This document shows positions 13,742 through 26,295 of a stretch of DNA of 64,000 bases, piece by piece. Origin of the DNA: Xylographa opegraphella (Eukaryota); assembly GCA_022813865.1 (NCBI GenBank), contig JALDZX010000030.1:62001-126000 (forward strand), written 5' to 3'. Every line of letters begins with the position of its first letter. Position 1 is the first letter of the stretch. The notes under the pieces were generated by a model that saw nothing but the letters and a program-made list of their open reading frames with translations, had not been told where the DNA came from and ran no database searches. Both the position numbers and the translations under genes were made by a program.

Positions 13742-14739
13742 ATGGACTATCAAGCTCCTGGAGGACGTGGTTGTTACAACTGTAAGTGCCTTTTCCTCTC
13801 GCAGCACTAGGGACGGTCACACTCGACATCTGCGTTGCGCATGCGGGCGTTCACACTATTTGCCATGCTAATTCTGAACTCCATTCAACACGCACAACAA
13901 TAACACCATATTTATGGTTAAGGACACCAAATGAGCCAAATCCTACCTCCTTGTCTAACCACTACTATATACACTCCTATAAATTCTTTCTATCCGAACT
14001 GCATACATTTCACTTCTCCGACTATTCCTGGCTCATGTTGCAATATGCGCTTCTGAATAGCATATTTTTTTTGAGATAATCTGAGCTTATAACTGACAAA
14101 ACTATAAGGCGGTGATAGTTCGCATCAGGCTCGCGATTGCCCAAAACGGGGAACGCCAACTTGCTACAACTGTGGCGGTGAAGGCCATGTGAGCCGTGAA
14201 TGCACCGAACCTCAAAAGGAGAAGTCTTGCTACCGCTGCGGCGAGAACGGCCACATCTCTCGTGATTGCCCTAATCAGGGTGCCCAAGGTGGATTTGGTG
14301 GAGGTCGTGGTGGTGGAGGAGGCAGCTACGCTGGGGGAGGTGGCCAAGAATGCTACAAGTGCGGAAAAGTCGGACATATCGCTCGCAACTGTACCGAAGG
14401 TGGTGGTGGAGGAGGTTATGGCGGGGGTGGAGGAGGATACCAGAGTGGAGGAGGTGGTTATGGTGGAGGAGGTTATGGAGGTGGCCGCGGTGGTGGCGCC
14501 GGTGGCCAAACCTGCTACTCTTGTGGGGGCTACGGCCATATGTCGCGAGACTGCACCCAAGGTCAAAAATGCTACAATTGTGAGCCTTTCATCTGATCTG
14601 CTCATGACGCACCAACTGACTGTCTTCAGGTGGCGAGGTCGGTCATCTGAGTCGCGATTGCCCATCCGAAGCATCATCTGAGCGGGTTTGTTACAAGTGC
14701 AAGCAACCTGGACACGTTCAGGCCGCTTGCCCGAACTAG
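13742..14739 (+). CDS. GIS2: CCHC zinc-knuckle nucleic-acid binding protein (CNBP/Gis2/Byr3 family)
   Basis: Seven CX2CX4HX4C knuckles with G/RG-rich linkers after splicing; introns ~13782-14108 and ~14580-14629; a 5'UTR intron is likely at ~13588-13717. Confidence 0.92.
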
Positions 14740-15274
14740 GCGGTAGTCCTATGGTTCTCACCGCTGTGTGTGACGATGGCGAGTCACATAGGTCATTAGG
14801 ATGGATTGGCTTTCTTGTCTAGCAAAGTGCACCCTGCACACTGCCCCTCTGGCAGACGCGAGGGGCAGGTCACGCAGCAGCCGTCAGGATTTTCACTTCT
14901 TTTTGTATGATCTTTTGTTGCTTTGAAAAGTTCACATAAGCCCAGCTGTCTTTGCACGTGAGGGTGCTTTACCCTCGGCGTGGCATTTGTTTGTCGATGT
15001 TCAAGAGATACGCGATCGATGGCATTCCGGGCTCGCGGATGATATCGTCATCATGTACGTTATGAGCTGTTGATGGGTCGACGGCCGTCTAAAATGACTG
15101 ACGGTCGGGGTGGGATGCCCTAATGAATCCTCTGCAACGTTTACGGTTCGACGTCTGGTTCACGAGCTGACAACTTTAGTGATGTGATAGACTGTAATAC
15201 CTGAATTCCTTTCACTAACTATACTTTCTATTTGCCAAGCATTCTCGGTCTTCGTCCTGGAAGCCGTCGGTATG

Positions 15275-16700
15275 CTATTCCTGCTTACAAGTACAGTTAT
15301 TCTCTCCAAGGTCGGCCTCTTTGTACTCAAGCTTCTGCCCAACAAGCTCTGCGCTGAGTACCCAGAACTCTCTTATCTCCGTATTACTTTGCACATACAC
15401 TTCATAAGTACTATCATAATCAACCCGGCATTCAGAGAGAGACAAGCGCCGTTCCGATCTATTGTGCCAATAAATCAGCTTTGCACGTTTGCTCCTCCAA
15501 CTCCAATGACGAGGCCCCAACAAATCGAGAAAGCTGCTTCACTGACCAACTAAGTCCGGATCAAGTGCCGCAACGACATGCGTCGGCGCGCCCTGTGCGA
15601 AGTCTTCCCCTTGGAGTCGACGATATTGCCGTTCTAGTCCACTAAGCCTGCCCACTAATCTCCATCAGTCTGGCTATTCACATCTATATCTCCATCAGTC
15701 TGGCTATTTACATCTATATCTCCATCAGTCTGTCTATTCACATCTATCTTCCCGTTACGACACAGCTCCTGGTGGAAGGGCATAGCGTGAAAAGATGAAC
15801 GGGGAGCGCAACCTACCTAGGTACTTCACATCCTGCTTTAACACGCTGTTCACTAGGTTCGTGTTTATCGTGCCTGGATGTAGGCTGAAGGACTGCGCAC
15901 CCTGGGGGCCAATTTTCCCTGCGAGCGAGGCGTAGAAGAGCATGTTGGCCGTCTTGGACTGTCGGTAAGATTGCCAGGCGTTGTAGGCGGCGCCGTACTG
16001 TGACGAGGTGGGGTCAATGCTTGAAGTTCGCAAACACGGACTGGCTGTGAAGGGAAGACGGATATGTTGGGATATCATGCGCACGGCGTACCTGAAAGTT
16101 GGGATTCTCCCACCGTATTCCCGAGAGCCAATGCCCCCGGCTGCTGGCGTTCACCATGCGCAATTCCTTCTCGGCCACTGGCATTTTAGAAAGAAGCAGG
16201 TTTGTAAACAGAAGTGGCCGATGTGGTTGGTACTGAATTGAGATTTGATCCCGTCTTCGATCGTTGGGTAGTCCTGGGCTATGATCGCGGCATTATTGCT
16301 CAGGACGTCGACAACTTCCTGGTAGGCGTTGACTTCTGCTGCGGCTTTCCGGATCTGCTTCTGAGATTCGAGGTCGAGTCGCATGAGGGCGGGTCTGGAT
16401 GGTGGGCACGAGTGTCTCGAGATCGGCGGCTGTTTCTTCGAGCTTGGGAATGGAGCTCCCGGCGGGGACAAATAGCCGTGGGCTCATGGAAGGATAGGAT
16501 GCGAGAGACTTCGTCGCCGAGATCCCCTGGGAAGGCGCCTGTTAAGAGGACTAAATGCTACTAGCTGTATGCTGGGAGGTTGATGATCGGCGAGGGAGAC
16601 TTCTGACCTCTTTTCCATCTGATCTGATCTGTGAATGCGGCAGTGACTGCGTCTGTCGTATGCGAACCAGAGCAAGAGTGTGACTTGGTCCGAGCGAGCG
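15275..16700 (-). pseudogene. Decayed short-chain dehydrogenase/reductase (retinol-DH-like)
   Basis: Fragments in shifting frames: LLTGAFPGDLG, LDLESQKQIRKAA...VDVLSNNAAI...QFSTNHIGHF, SYRQSKTANMLF (YxxxK), SLHPGTINTNL, QGAPTHVVAALDP, FWVLSAELVGQKLEY. Several frameshifts and an in-frame stop. The 5' limit is approximate. Confidence 0.85.
15658..15747. repeat. 30-bp minisatellite x3 (ATCTCCATCAGTCTGGCTATTCACATCTAT)
   Basis: Three nearly identical copies read directly; lies within the SDR pseudogene. Confidence 0.95.
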
Positions 16701-18031
16701 GTGACAATGGTTAAGACTGCAATGAATACTAGACTGGAGATGGAGAAGCAGAAACAGTTTTATGTTGTGATTTGCCTTCTTCATTCTCGTGTTTGGTCAT
16801 GCGAAACCAAGTTCGTTTAACATAATCATATGGCGAAGGGGTATGGCTTTGTAACGACGGTTGATGTATCGTTGACCATCTGCACTGCTGAAAGTACACA
16901 CCTCGGCGGATTATGTCTTATTCCATAACTCCGAACATATTTGAGGTGCTGATGGCTGATTCATCACGGTCGTGGCCGACTCGAAGGAATGGGTGATCCC
17001 GAGCGTTCAATTGAGTACAAGGCCATCTCAATCAGACCATCACGGGGCAGAGAAGCACATGGTCTGTACATAGTAACGGATGGGATTTGTTTAAGTCAAG
17101 CACACGAGATACTTTGAGTCACATTCTTGATTGATCTATATAAAGACAAGCAGCGAACATTATTGGTTCTGGGTCGAGCGCCATCGATGATTGCTTCTCC
17201 CGGAGCCACTAACCCTAAGGTCGTCAGATCTTGTCTTGGCGCTTCTACCCTGGTACTGCGACACGCGATCACAGGCCCTCTGACGAGCTACCCGCAAAGA
17301 GCTTAGCTCCAGGTACTGCCTTGGTGCCAAGCTAGCGGTATTAATAGCACCTTCGTGGCCAGACAGCTGCAGCCGACCAATCATAAGGCATCAATGGCTG
17401 TCAGCGCTACCTTAGGACGATTAGCACGCCCGTCTCACCGGCTTCGAGCCTCAGTTTGCTCGAGTCTGAGGCTGCTCCGCCAGCTCCGCCGCTCCACCAT
17501 GCCTTGCCTCGCGGCCCCTTTTATTGCTGTAACCATCGGCAGAAGTCTGTCAATACTAGTAATAATTGCTTTGTGTCCCAGCACTGCAGAAAGACAGAAA
17601 CGAAACCTCTTCTTGTGACATCGGAAAACCTCTCAGCTAAAAAGCCACAACGGGTGTGTGTGTGTGACATCGGCGACGGAGCCATTCATGGCTTGACGCC
17701 TACCACAGGCCCGCCGCGCAACTTACTTTCGTAGCCTGGTTCCACCAGTCATTGGTCCTTCGCGAACCGCTAACTCGAAACGCTGTCCCCCGCTGGTCAG
17801 TGTCCTTGCGTTCAAACGCGGGCGTTTCCACCGTCCTTCAGTGCAAATTATATCTTCTGCACAGAGAGGTACCGGGACGAGGGCGATTCGTGAGGCATAA
17901 GTTCCTGGAATCAGAGTCTTAACGTATAGACAAGTCGGGATAGCTGGAGAAGCTTCGCGCCACCGTTCACTTGGTCGTGGAGACCGCGATCCGAGTTTCG
18001 CTATGCGCTTGTGAGACTCAGTACTTCATTG

Positions 18032-20331
18032 ATGGACCAGACATCGCTATTCTTTTCTCTTTTCGTACTTCTACTTGGAAGGCCTCTTTTCTCCCGAGCG
18101 CAGACCATTATACCTGCGCCTATAGTGGTGCCTCCGAGTGAATACTGGTAATTACTGCCTCGCGCGCATATGGTTCCTATTAGCTAATGGCGATTTGGCA
18201 TATAGGGAAGGCGACGATGGTCCATGGTCCACCTTCCAATTACGAGTGGGTACTCCGCCTCAGGAAGTCCGACTTCTGGCCTCCACGGCGAGCCCTGTCA
18301 CATGGGTTGTGCTGGACGAAGTCTGTCCTGGACAGCCAGATACTTCAGCTTGCGCTATGGCGAGAGGGATGACGTTCAATCTCAATCAATCGTCGACATG
18401 GAAAGACCAGGGAATTTTCAATCTGTATGTGGAAGGCAATTTGAACTTCACGGGCAATGGTGAATACGGACTGGACACTGTTGGCCTGGGTCTTACAAGC
18501 GAAATTGGGCCTTCGGTGGATGGGCAGGTCATTGCAGGAATAGAGACAGCCGACTTTGACTTCGGTATTCTAGGACTAAATGTGCAACCAACAAATTTTA
18601 CGAATTTCAATAATCCCATTCCCAGCTTTTTCCAGACCCTCCTGAACAAAGATCTCATTCCAAGCTTGACTTGGAGCTATACCGCCGGCAATCAATATAG
18701 TAGGAAGCCCGGCCATGCTCATCTACAAGTTGATATACTGACCTGTCAATTTAGGCTTGAAGAAGGTGCTAGGGAGCTTGATCTTCGGTGGTTACGATTC
18801 TTCGCGATTTACGTCCAACAGTTTGACGTTCCCTTTCGCGCCGGACTCGTCCAGAGATATCGTCGTAGGAGTCCAATCAATATCGTCATCAGAAACCAAC
18901 GGCAAGACCTCGGAACTTCTCACATCTGGTATACTTGCATTCATCGACTCGACAGTGCCCTACATATATCTTCCTATCGATGTATGCGAACGATTCGAGA
19001 ACGCTCTTGGATTAACCTGGGACCCCAATACCGAGCTCTACCTTATTAGTTCGTCATTGCACAGCTCTCTCGTGGCCCGAGGGCTCAATTTCACCTTTAC
19101 GCTCGGAAACACTGTGGCTGGTGGAAATACCGTTCAAATCGTCCTGCCTTACGCAGCATTCGACTTGACCGCAACTCCACCGCTAACAAATGGAACATAT
19201 AGCTACTTCCCACTGAAACGAGGAAACGATACTCAGTATACCCTTGGGAGGACTTTTCTCCAGGAAGCGTACTTGACCGTTGATTACCAACGCGGCAACT
19301 TCTCCGTCTCGCAGTGTGTTTTTGTAGACGGCGCAGGCCCTGATGTCCAAGTTATTCACCCCATTGGTTACGTGGCCTTTAGCAACGGTACCAATGCCTC
19401 CAATGGTACCAGTGGCGCTGATGGGTCTCCGCTCAGCCCGTCTTCATCGAGTTCATTTCCCACAGGTGCTATAGCTGGCACCGCTGTTGCCGTCATAGTG
19501 CTCGCTGTCATGGCTCTTCTCCTTGTTCTAGCGTATCGTCAACGCAAGTGGCCATTCCACAATCGCAAAGTTGCTGGAGCTACGGAACTTGATTCGAACA
19601 CCGTTGGCTTCGAAGCGGACGGCACGATGATACCTGGTAAATATCCCATGTACAACATGCCGGTGGAAGCTGAGGCCGATTCTCAATATAACGACAGCAA
19701 GACCGAGCTAGACTCCCAGCGAATCCGGCCGAAAATCGAGCTCGCAGGCGCGCCGATACCCAGTGGTCGCATGACGGCCACTCACGGAGAGTTGCACGGG
19801 AGCGACGGGGTTCTGGAGATGGAGGGAAGCCGCTTTTACCATGAAATGGCAGGAAGTCCTGTTCCTCACGAATATTACGGCAATCAAAAGCCAATTGCAG
19901 ATCTGTCGCGGGGTAGCTTGAGAGATACTCGTGCCGGCAGTCTTGGAGACGAGGCGGTGCGGAGGGGCAGTGGACCAAGGGCGAGGAGTCCTCCGAATAC
20001 AGCATGGGAGTCGTCTCAATTGGGTGTAGCGAGTCCTGTGAGTGCTGGCAGCCTGAGCGGAGATGCGAGTCGCCTCCGAACGGGGACGTCGAGGACGATG
20101 AGCGAAGGGAGTGCAGGCGGAACAGAGACGCCCTGGTTGATGAGTCCCATTAGTGTCCGAAGTGACTTGCGGGAGGCCTCGAGAAGCAGGGACTTCCTGC
20201 GCGGACAGGGCATCAGTCCCATTCGCCGGGGTGGCATGTATACGATCACCAGTCCGGGGCACGGGGACGTGAGTAGAGATCTAAGTAGGACGCGAATGGG
20301 AGATGGAGGCGACGGGTACCATGGGCCATAA
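18032..20331 (+). CDS. Single-pass membrane protein with an A1 aspartic-protease-fold ectodomain (probably catalytically impaired)
   Basis: Signal peptide MDQTSLFFSLFVLLLG, GDDGPWSTF...VGTPPQ, GSLIFGGYD, IDST, LGRTFLQEAY, TM segment GAIAGTAVAVIVLAVMALLLVLAY; two introns. Confidence 0.88.
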
Positions 20332-21391
20332 CGTACCCACCCTCGACTACACGCCAGTCCTCTACCACTGTTACTCACGATGATATGTCCTGCTTGGCTG
20401 CGGACTACGACCTCAGGTTCTGGATATACCTTTTTGCATGTTGCATTCACATAGACAGTGACGCTTACAGGAGGACTAAGACTTGGTGTATATACTACGA
20501 AAGCATTGTTACAGTTATATACCCCATATTGACTCTGCTCTCTACCTTTCACTCAGGATAACAGCGTGTTATTGGGAAAAGGCATTTTCAAGCCATTTCT
20601 GCCTATGTGCTGTAAAAGCACAAATATTACTACTGCTGACTGCTGTCACCCTCTGAGTACTTCACGGCCCATTTGATGACCTATATCCTAGAAGTACCTG
20701 CTTCCTCGGCTCTGTCCAGTTCCCCAACTCGCCTGCCCTTTCCGATACCCCCTTCAGCTTTATCCGCCTTCGTAGCAACCGCGATCTCAGTGAATTGGAA
20801 CCGCTCGTCCACCTTGGCCTTACTGTACATGATCGAAGACCTGCACATGTATTTATTCCATACCTTGTCCGGCATACAGAATGCGATCGAGGCGGTCGAA
20901 GTATCAGACAAATGAAGGAATAATGATTTGCAGACAACATCCAGGGCACTGTCAATATGTTTAACATCTTGGCAAGCGAGAATTTGCATACTGCCATATA
21001 GTCCCAGCTTCCATGAAGAGACGAATTTCACAGGTCGGAGAAAAGATGAAGCGGTACAGAAGTCGCGGAGACACAGACTGGACTAAAAGAGACCATTCTG
21101 GTTTGCCTCTAAGAGTATGCTCTGAAACAGTGAACACTCCTCTGTCTATCTTGAAGATTCGCAAACTATGGAGATAGTACTAGATTAAGTATATGTATGA
21201 GCACATGGGACTTCATGGTGCTGGAAACTAACGACACCACCTTCAGTCACATGGATGCCATTCACAATATAAGGTCCCCGTGCAATGTGTGGTAATAATA
21301 AAGGAGCATTCAGGGGATTTTGTCACCGTAGACAACAATCGATTGTTAACAGACCAATGTCTTTATGAGCGCGTCCGCCAATCGAAAACCA

Positions 21392-22671
21392 TCAGCTTCG
21401 CATCCTTGTTAATTCTCCACCCTCTACCTCCGGCTGCTGGTAAGCATATTTGCTCCTCCAGGCCCCGTAATCCTTAAACATGATGGGCTCATACAAGGCA
21501 GGATGATCCTCTCGTACCGTTGAAGGTAAGCAACTTACCACCGCGTCGTCATTCGGGGCGAAGAAATATGGTATGGAATACCTAGCCCGTGTCACGTCCG
21601 CCCTGTCGCCACGGTTTTGCTGTAAAGGTGGGAGTGCTACGCGATGTGTCGCAGTTTTGAAGTTATCTAGGAGCACAAAGTCAGCGAATCGTTCTTCAAG
21701 CCTGAGAGATTTGTGATAGTACCGTTGCTTATACGCTGGAACATGTCTCCAATATTCAAGACAAGTGCATTTGGCATAGGCGTGGCAGGAATAAAGAGAC
21801 CAGGATAGCGTGGATCTTCGAGTTCGAGGCCGCCACAATCGTCTTGGAACAGTAAAGTGAAAGAGCTGCACATCCAATCAGTTGCGACTCTGCAGAGGCC
21901 GACTTGTGCCGCAATATGCCACGGCTATGGAAGAAAGAACTTACCTCCAGTCCGTATGTGCTGGCATTCGAGCCACGATCTGGTTCTCGAGTAATTCAGC
22001 TGGCACTGGTGGGTAGTGCAGAAGCCTCAACTGATTGTTTTGCCCAGGATGGAGGTGCAATAAATCCGTCAGATCTTTCTCTTCCAGATGCAAACCGTGG
22101 CTGATAGCCTGCAGGATCATCTGCGCTGATTTATTGAGCTCCCAGTAGAAGTGAAGCATAAACTTGCGGTAGCCTGGGAGGATAGCCTCTGGAAGCCAGA
22201 TGTTAGGCTGAGACGGATTCTCCTCACTACCAATCTCGTAACTTTCCTGCATATTTCATGAGCCAGGCTTCGTTGGAGACCCATCACAATGTAAGACCGC
22301 TCGCGAACCTTGAAATCCGCAACCTTTCGCAGTGAATTTTTCTGGTTTGCCTCGACATCATCACCGTCACAGAGGTTTTTAGAGTATACCTTTTCCAGTC
22401 CGGGAGGAGAATAGCCACGATGTGGTATCGAGCTTGCTGGATGTGGAGCTTTCATTTTCTCCTCGTGGGAGAGCTCGAAGAGCTTCCGAGACCAGTCGAA
22501 CGCTTCTTGGAGAAGCTCGTTGGACACACCATGGCCTGTGATAGCTACAAAGCCAAGATCCCGGCAAGCTTTGGCGAGCTGATCCGCTGCTTGCTGTTGG
22601 TGCACTGGTCCGCCAGTGAGGAAGGAAGAGAGATCCACGACAGGTATGGTGGGCTCTCCGTTCGATGCCAT
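21392..22671 (-). CDS. 2-oxoglutarate/Fe(II) dioxygenase (IPNS/DIOX family)
   Basis: IPVVDLS, GFVAITGHGV, LRLLHYPP, AHTDW (HxD), TLLFQD, NIGD, HRV, RYSIPYFF; three introns. Confidence 0.92.
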
Positions 22672-23231
22672 TCTCAGTAGCCTTGATGTAACGGAAGCTC
22701 GAAGCCCGTGGTTGTTGCTTGATGATTGGAATTCTTTAGTGCATCAAAAAGTGATAACAAATACTTTATATAACAATTCAACCCGAAATAAACTGCTTCT
22801 ATCAGAATGAATTATGTCTACCAACCTATATAGATCGACGTCGATGCCTAAAGGCAAAGCTGGATGACTGTACCAGAATCTGCTGATGACCAATTGAACA
22901 TGGTAGGAAGCGCGCTGTATACCCGATGCATCGAGCGGAACGCACATCTGGCGGTGACCCGTGGCTGACACCTGAAGACCTATGATTCGTTCAAAGTCTT
23001 TGGTCAACCAGACCTGTCTGATGTAGCTACAGTGTCAACCAACCACGTCTAGACTTCCTTCGATTACTCGCAGCATCCGATGTCCATCTTTCGACCCTTC
23101 GACCCCCCGAAATGCCTCGTTCCTCAGACGTGGAGTTTCAAAGCGCCTGCGGGTAAATACCATGCTGACTAACAGGATAGGAGTAATCACGTGACTTTCA
23201 TGATAAGTCGGCTCATGGGGTCATAAAAAGC

Positions 23232-23786
23232 GGGACGTACTAGCTATATTCGAACATAAATATTGTGAACGCAGGAGTTTCTTTCTAAATCATTTACGCA
23301 TTCGCGTCAATTAATTTAATTAAAATTTTCAAAAATAGCCTAAATATCTGCCAAAAATCATCAATATAAATAGTAGGTAGGCAGAAAAATAATATATAAA
23401 TAATTTATCTGTATACAAAATGATCGCAGAGCCGAATTAATGCTTAATATGGTGTCACGGACCGCCAAGCACCATGACAGGGTAAGACCCTGATGGGGGC
23501 TCGGAGGATAGAATAGCCGCGCCAAGAGAATCCAAGTCGTCCAAGTCGTCCATAGAGGACTTGGACACTCTGGAGGCCTTGGACCATAGTAACTGGGTTA
23601 CTATATAGGCATAGCAGAAGTCCTGGGGACTCTGGCTATGCTCAACTCATGTATCGAAGGCAATAGCTAGTTCTAGATAGACAACCCCTTTCACCTCCAC
23701 CTCTCTCAGACATCTTTGATCGCTGCCACTATCCTGCTGCCCCCTGTCTAAGGGAACCCCACCGTTACATATGGTTAGTACGTCCC
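23232..23786. mobile_element. MITE-like AT-rich non-autonomous element (~233 bp once the nested LTR and one TSD are removed)
   Basis: Left end GGGACGTACTAGCTATATT (23232-23250). The right end rebuilt across the LTR is AATATGGTTAGTACGTCCC, its reverse complement with 2 transitions in 19 nt. No TSD recognised. Confidence 0.65.
23453..23769. mobile_element. Solo LTR of an LTR retrotransposon (317 bp)
   Basis: Starts TGTCACGG and ends CCGTTACA (TG..CA, 7/8 inverted match). Perfect 5-bp TSD TATGG at 23448-23452 and 23770-23774. Internal TATATA near 23602. Confidence 0.92.
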
Positions 23787-24225
23787 AATTATTATAACTG
23801 TCGCGAGCCGCCTAGCCCATGCGAGCGCACCGACAGATTTCCCGCGGCGGAGGCGATTATAGGGGTCTGAAATCGACGATTGTGCTTCTCTTGAATCAAT
23901 CCGCCTTGTCGGCGCTGAAGCATACCTATGATGGAATTGATGATCAGTAGTACGACCTCCTCCTCGCGGCATATGCCCTATGCAGGTATCGCACGATCAA
24001 AAAACACCCCTAAATTTTTCAATACCAACTTTTAGATTATTCGAACTTTTGGTCGTGGATGATAACTGCGGACTGGTTGTGCGGGGAAGGCATTGTGGGC
24101 TGCGATGTCTACTGACAGGTTTGAAGATCGGGCATGAATGAGTACAAGCATTGGATTTCCGGAGCCACATCCTTATTTATGCTTATGTCATTTTCTCTCA
24201 CCATATATCTCCAATCCATCCTCCC

Positions 24226-25203
24226 CTACAACCCATTCATTGCCCTCTCCGTCGCAAACACCTTCCCCTTTTCGAAGTAATCAACCAGTACCCCTTTCGG
24301 CGCATATGCATACAAGCCCTCGCAGATCTCCACCTGCGCACCTATACTTCCACTCCCCGTTGCGGCATTTGTCTGCTCATTCGCCGCGTTGTTCGGAATG
24401 AGGATGCCGAAGATATCGAGGTCGAGGAAGTGATTTACGATGTACATGCGGCCGGCGGCAGAAACGCCGCGCGGGCGGTCGATGGTGCACTCCGGGAAGG
24501 TAGGGTCTGTGGTATCGTAGGGCGTTTCGAAGAAGTAGGAGAACTCGTCAAGGATGTATGGATACGTGCTGGGGGAGGCGCCATAGTCTGTAGCAAATTG
24601 GGGGTTAGCAAAGGGGTGGAGACGAGTGGGACGAGACCCGCAAAACTACGTACCGAGGAATACCACTAAGCGTGTGCCTGCTACGATCAGCTGCCCCAGC
24701 GTCGGCCACGCATCGATTGCTAAGACACTCGGGCTTGAGGCTGGGGCGAAAGCGTAAGGCTTGATGCCTGAACTACTAAGCGCAGTGTCGAACATGCTGA
24801 CATCGACGTGGTCGCCATTTGTTAGTAATAGCATTAGGACTTCATTTGGGTTCGCGTCCAGCCATGACTTGACAGTAGCGAGGTAGGATTCGACAAGACC
24901 GGCGTCTTCGATGAAGCAAGCTGTGTGGCAGAGGCCGAGTGTTCCGAAGGGGTCGACATGGCATTGGGCTTGGAGGAATCGGATGCCGGCGTCCAGCCGG
25001 GCTATGACCGAAAGGTCCTGGTTATCTTGGGGGATGACGCCGACGAAGGTGGAGTCGTGGAAGCCGATTTGGGAGACGTTGGAGAAGATTCGCTTGCAGA
25101 GGACTGGGGACCCGTTGCACGCTGTCTGGGCAGCGATGTGAGAAATGCCAGTGATGAGAGCGAGTATGATTGTTGCGGCACTGCAAAGGATGGTTGAGGC
25201 CAT
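24226..25203 (-). CDS. Secreted PLC-like phosphodiesterase (PI-PLC X-domain-like)
   Basis: Signal peptide, ACNGSPVLC, IGFHDS, LDAGIRFLQAQ, LCHT, WLDANPNEV, WPTLGQLI, RLVVF; after one intron ILDEFSYFFETPY...CTIDRP...YIVNHFL. Confidence 0.88.
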
Positions 25204-25764
25204 CGCGGATTTCGAATGCAAAGTGATGTCGTCAAAGTGAAACAGGATTAGGATTTGCTTTTCTCCCTGGACCCACAGACCAAATACACCTCGACGAGCA
25301 ATATATACAGAATGATAAAATATTCTACCATGTCTCACTTTCCCATGCATACCACGCACGAGAAAAGTCAAACACCGTATAACAGGTGCTAAAGAGTACA
25401 GGCAAGCCAACCACAGCAGCATCGTTAATAAATCCAAGAAATGGGGTCATCCTGCGTTATTCCAGCAGCATGGCTCTGTAGCGCCACACACCCAATGATG
25501 CGAAACCTAAATAAATAATTACCCTACGGAAGTTGTGCGTACGGATAATAACCTGATGTCGCAGGGCGCCCGGTCGAATAAACCGCACGATTTCGAAAGA
25601 CAAGGCGATTAGACAAAATGAGGAGCAAATTAAGTGTCCCTACTAACCATCTGTAAATGGTTAGTTCTATCTCCAATGATCAAGCGCGGGCCGACCATTC
25701 ACCACGAATATCTGCACGAGTATGAATGGCATGTATTTCGACCAGCCTTTGCCTAACGTCCTGA

Positions 25765-26295
25765 TCAGCAATTCGTTGGGCAAGATGGCTTGGCTATCTT
25801 ACCAGCATGGAGCCTTGGAACAAGTTGCATCTCGAGCCATGGCCAAATGACGAAGTACGATAGTAATTCGATACAAGAAGACCTGGTCTCAATGGATACA
25901 ATCCCAGGATACAGCCAGCTTTCCACCCGTCGTAACAGGTAGGTTAGTGATCTGACTAGAGATAGCGTCGCAGACGACAGAAGTACCACTGTCGCATAGT
26001 CCGAGGGCTCAGACTCTGGATAACCGAACAGCCTGTGTATCATAAGAATGACACCGCATAATGACAGCATTCTGGCTGTAGGATATTGAGAAAAGAGAAG
26101 AAACACGCATGGTAAGTGTAGTTTGGTACTAGTAAAGCAAAGGTAATATACTATTAGAATGGTTTGTAAGAGACGTCTGATATGAGGTTTGGGGGTTTGT
26201 AACGCTGGGCAATCAGGGCCGCATTGATTCTCGGCATAGTCTTGTTCTTTGCTCCACACTGAATCTTTCTGGAGGCGATCAATTCCGATACTCAT
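25765..26295 (-). CDS. Hypothetical hydrophobic protein (176 aa), no family recognised
   Basis: ATG-initiated ORF with several hydrophobic stretches; no motif recognised. Confidence 0.35.
   Translation of the reverse strand: MSIGIDRLQKDSVWSKEQDYAENQCGPDCPALQTPKPHIRRLLQTILIVYYLCFTSTKLHLPCVFLLFSQYPTARMLSLCGVILMIHRLFGYPESEPSDYATVVLLSSATLSLVRSLTYLLRRVESWLYPGIVSIETRSSCIELLSYFVIWPWLEMQLVPRLHAGKIAKPSCPTNC

Noticed and set aside
14102..14761. 219-aa antisense ORF and alternative-frame ORFs over GIS2
   Set aside because: Produced by GGN-rich Gly codons that lack stops in other frames.
20662..21164. Short minus-strand ORFs between the pseudo-protease and the oxygenase
   Set aside because: No recognisable family or consistent splice model; may be a relic but cannot be supported.
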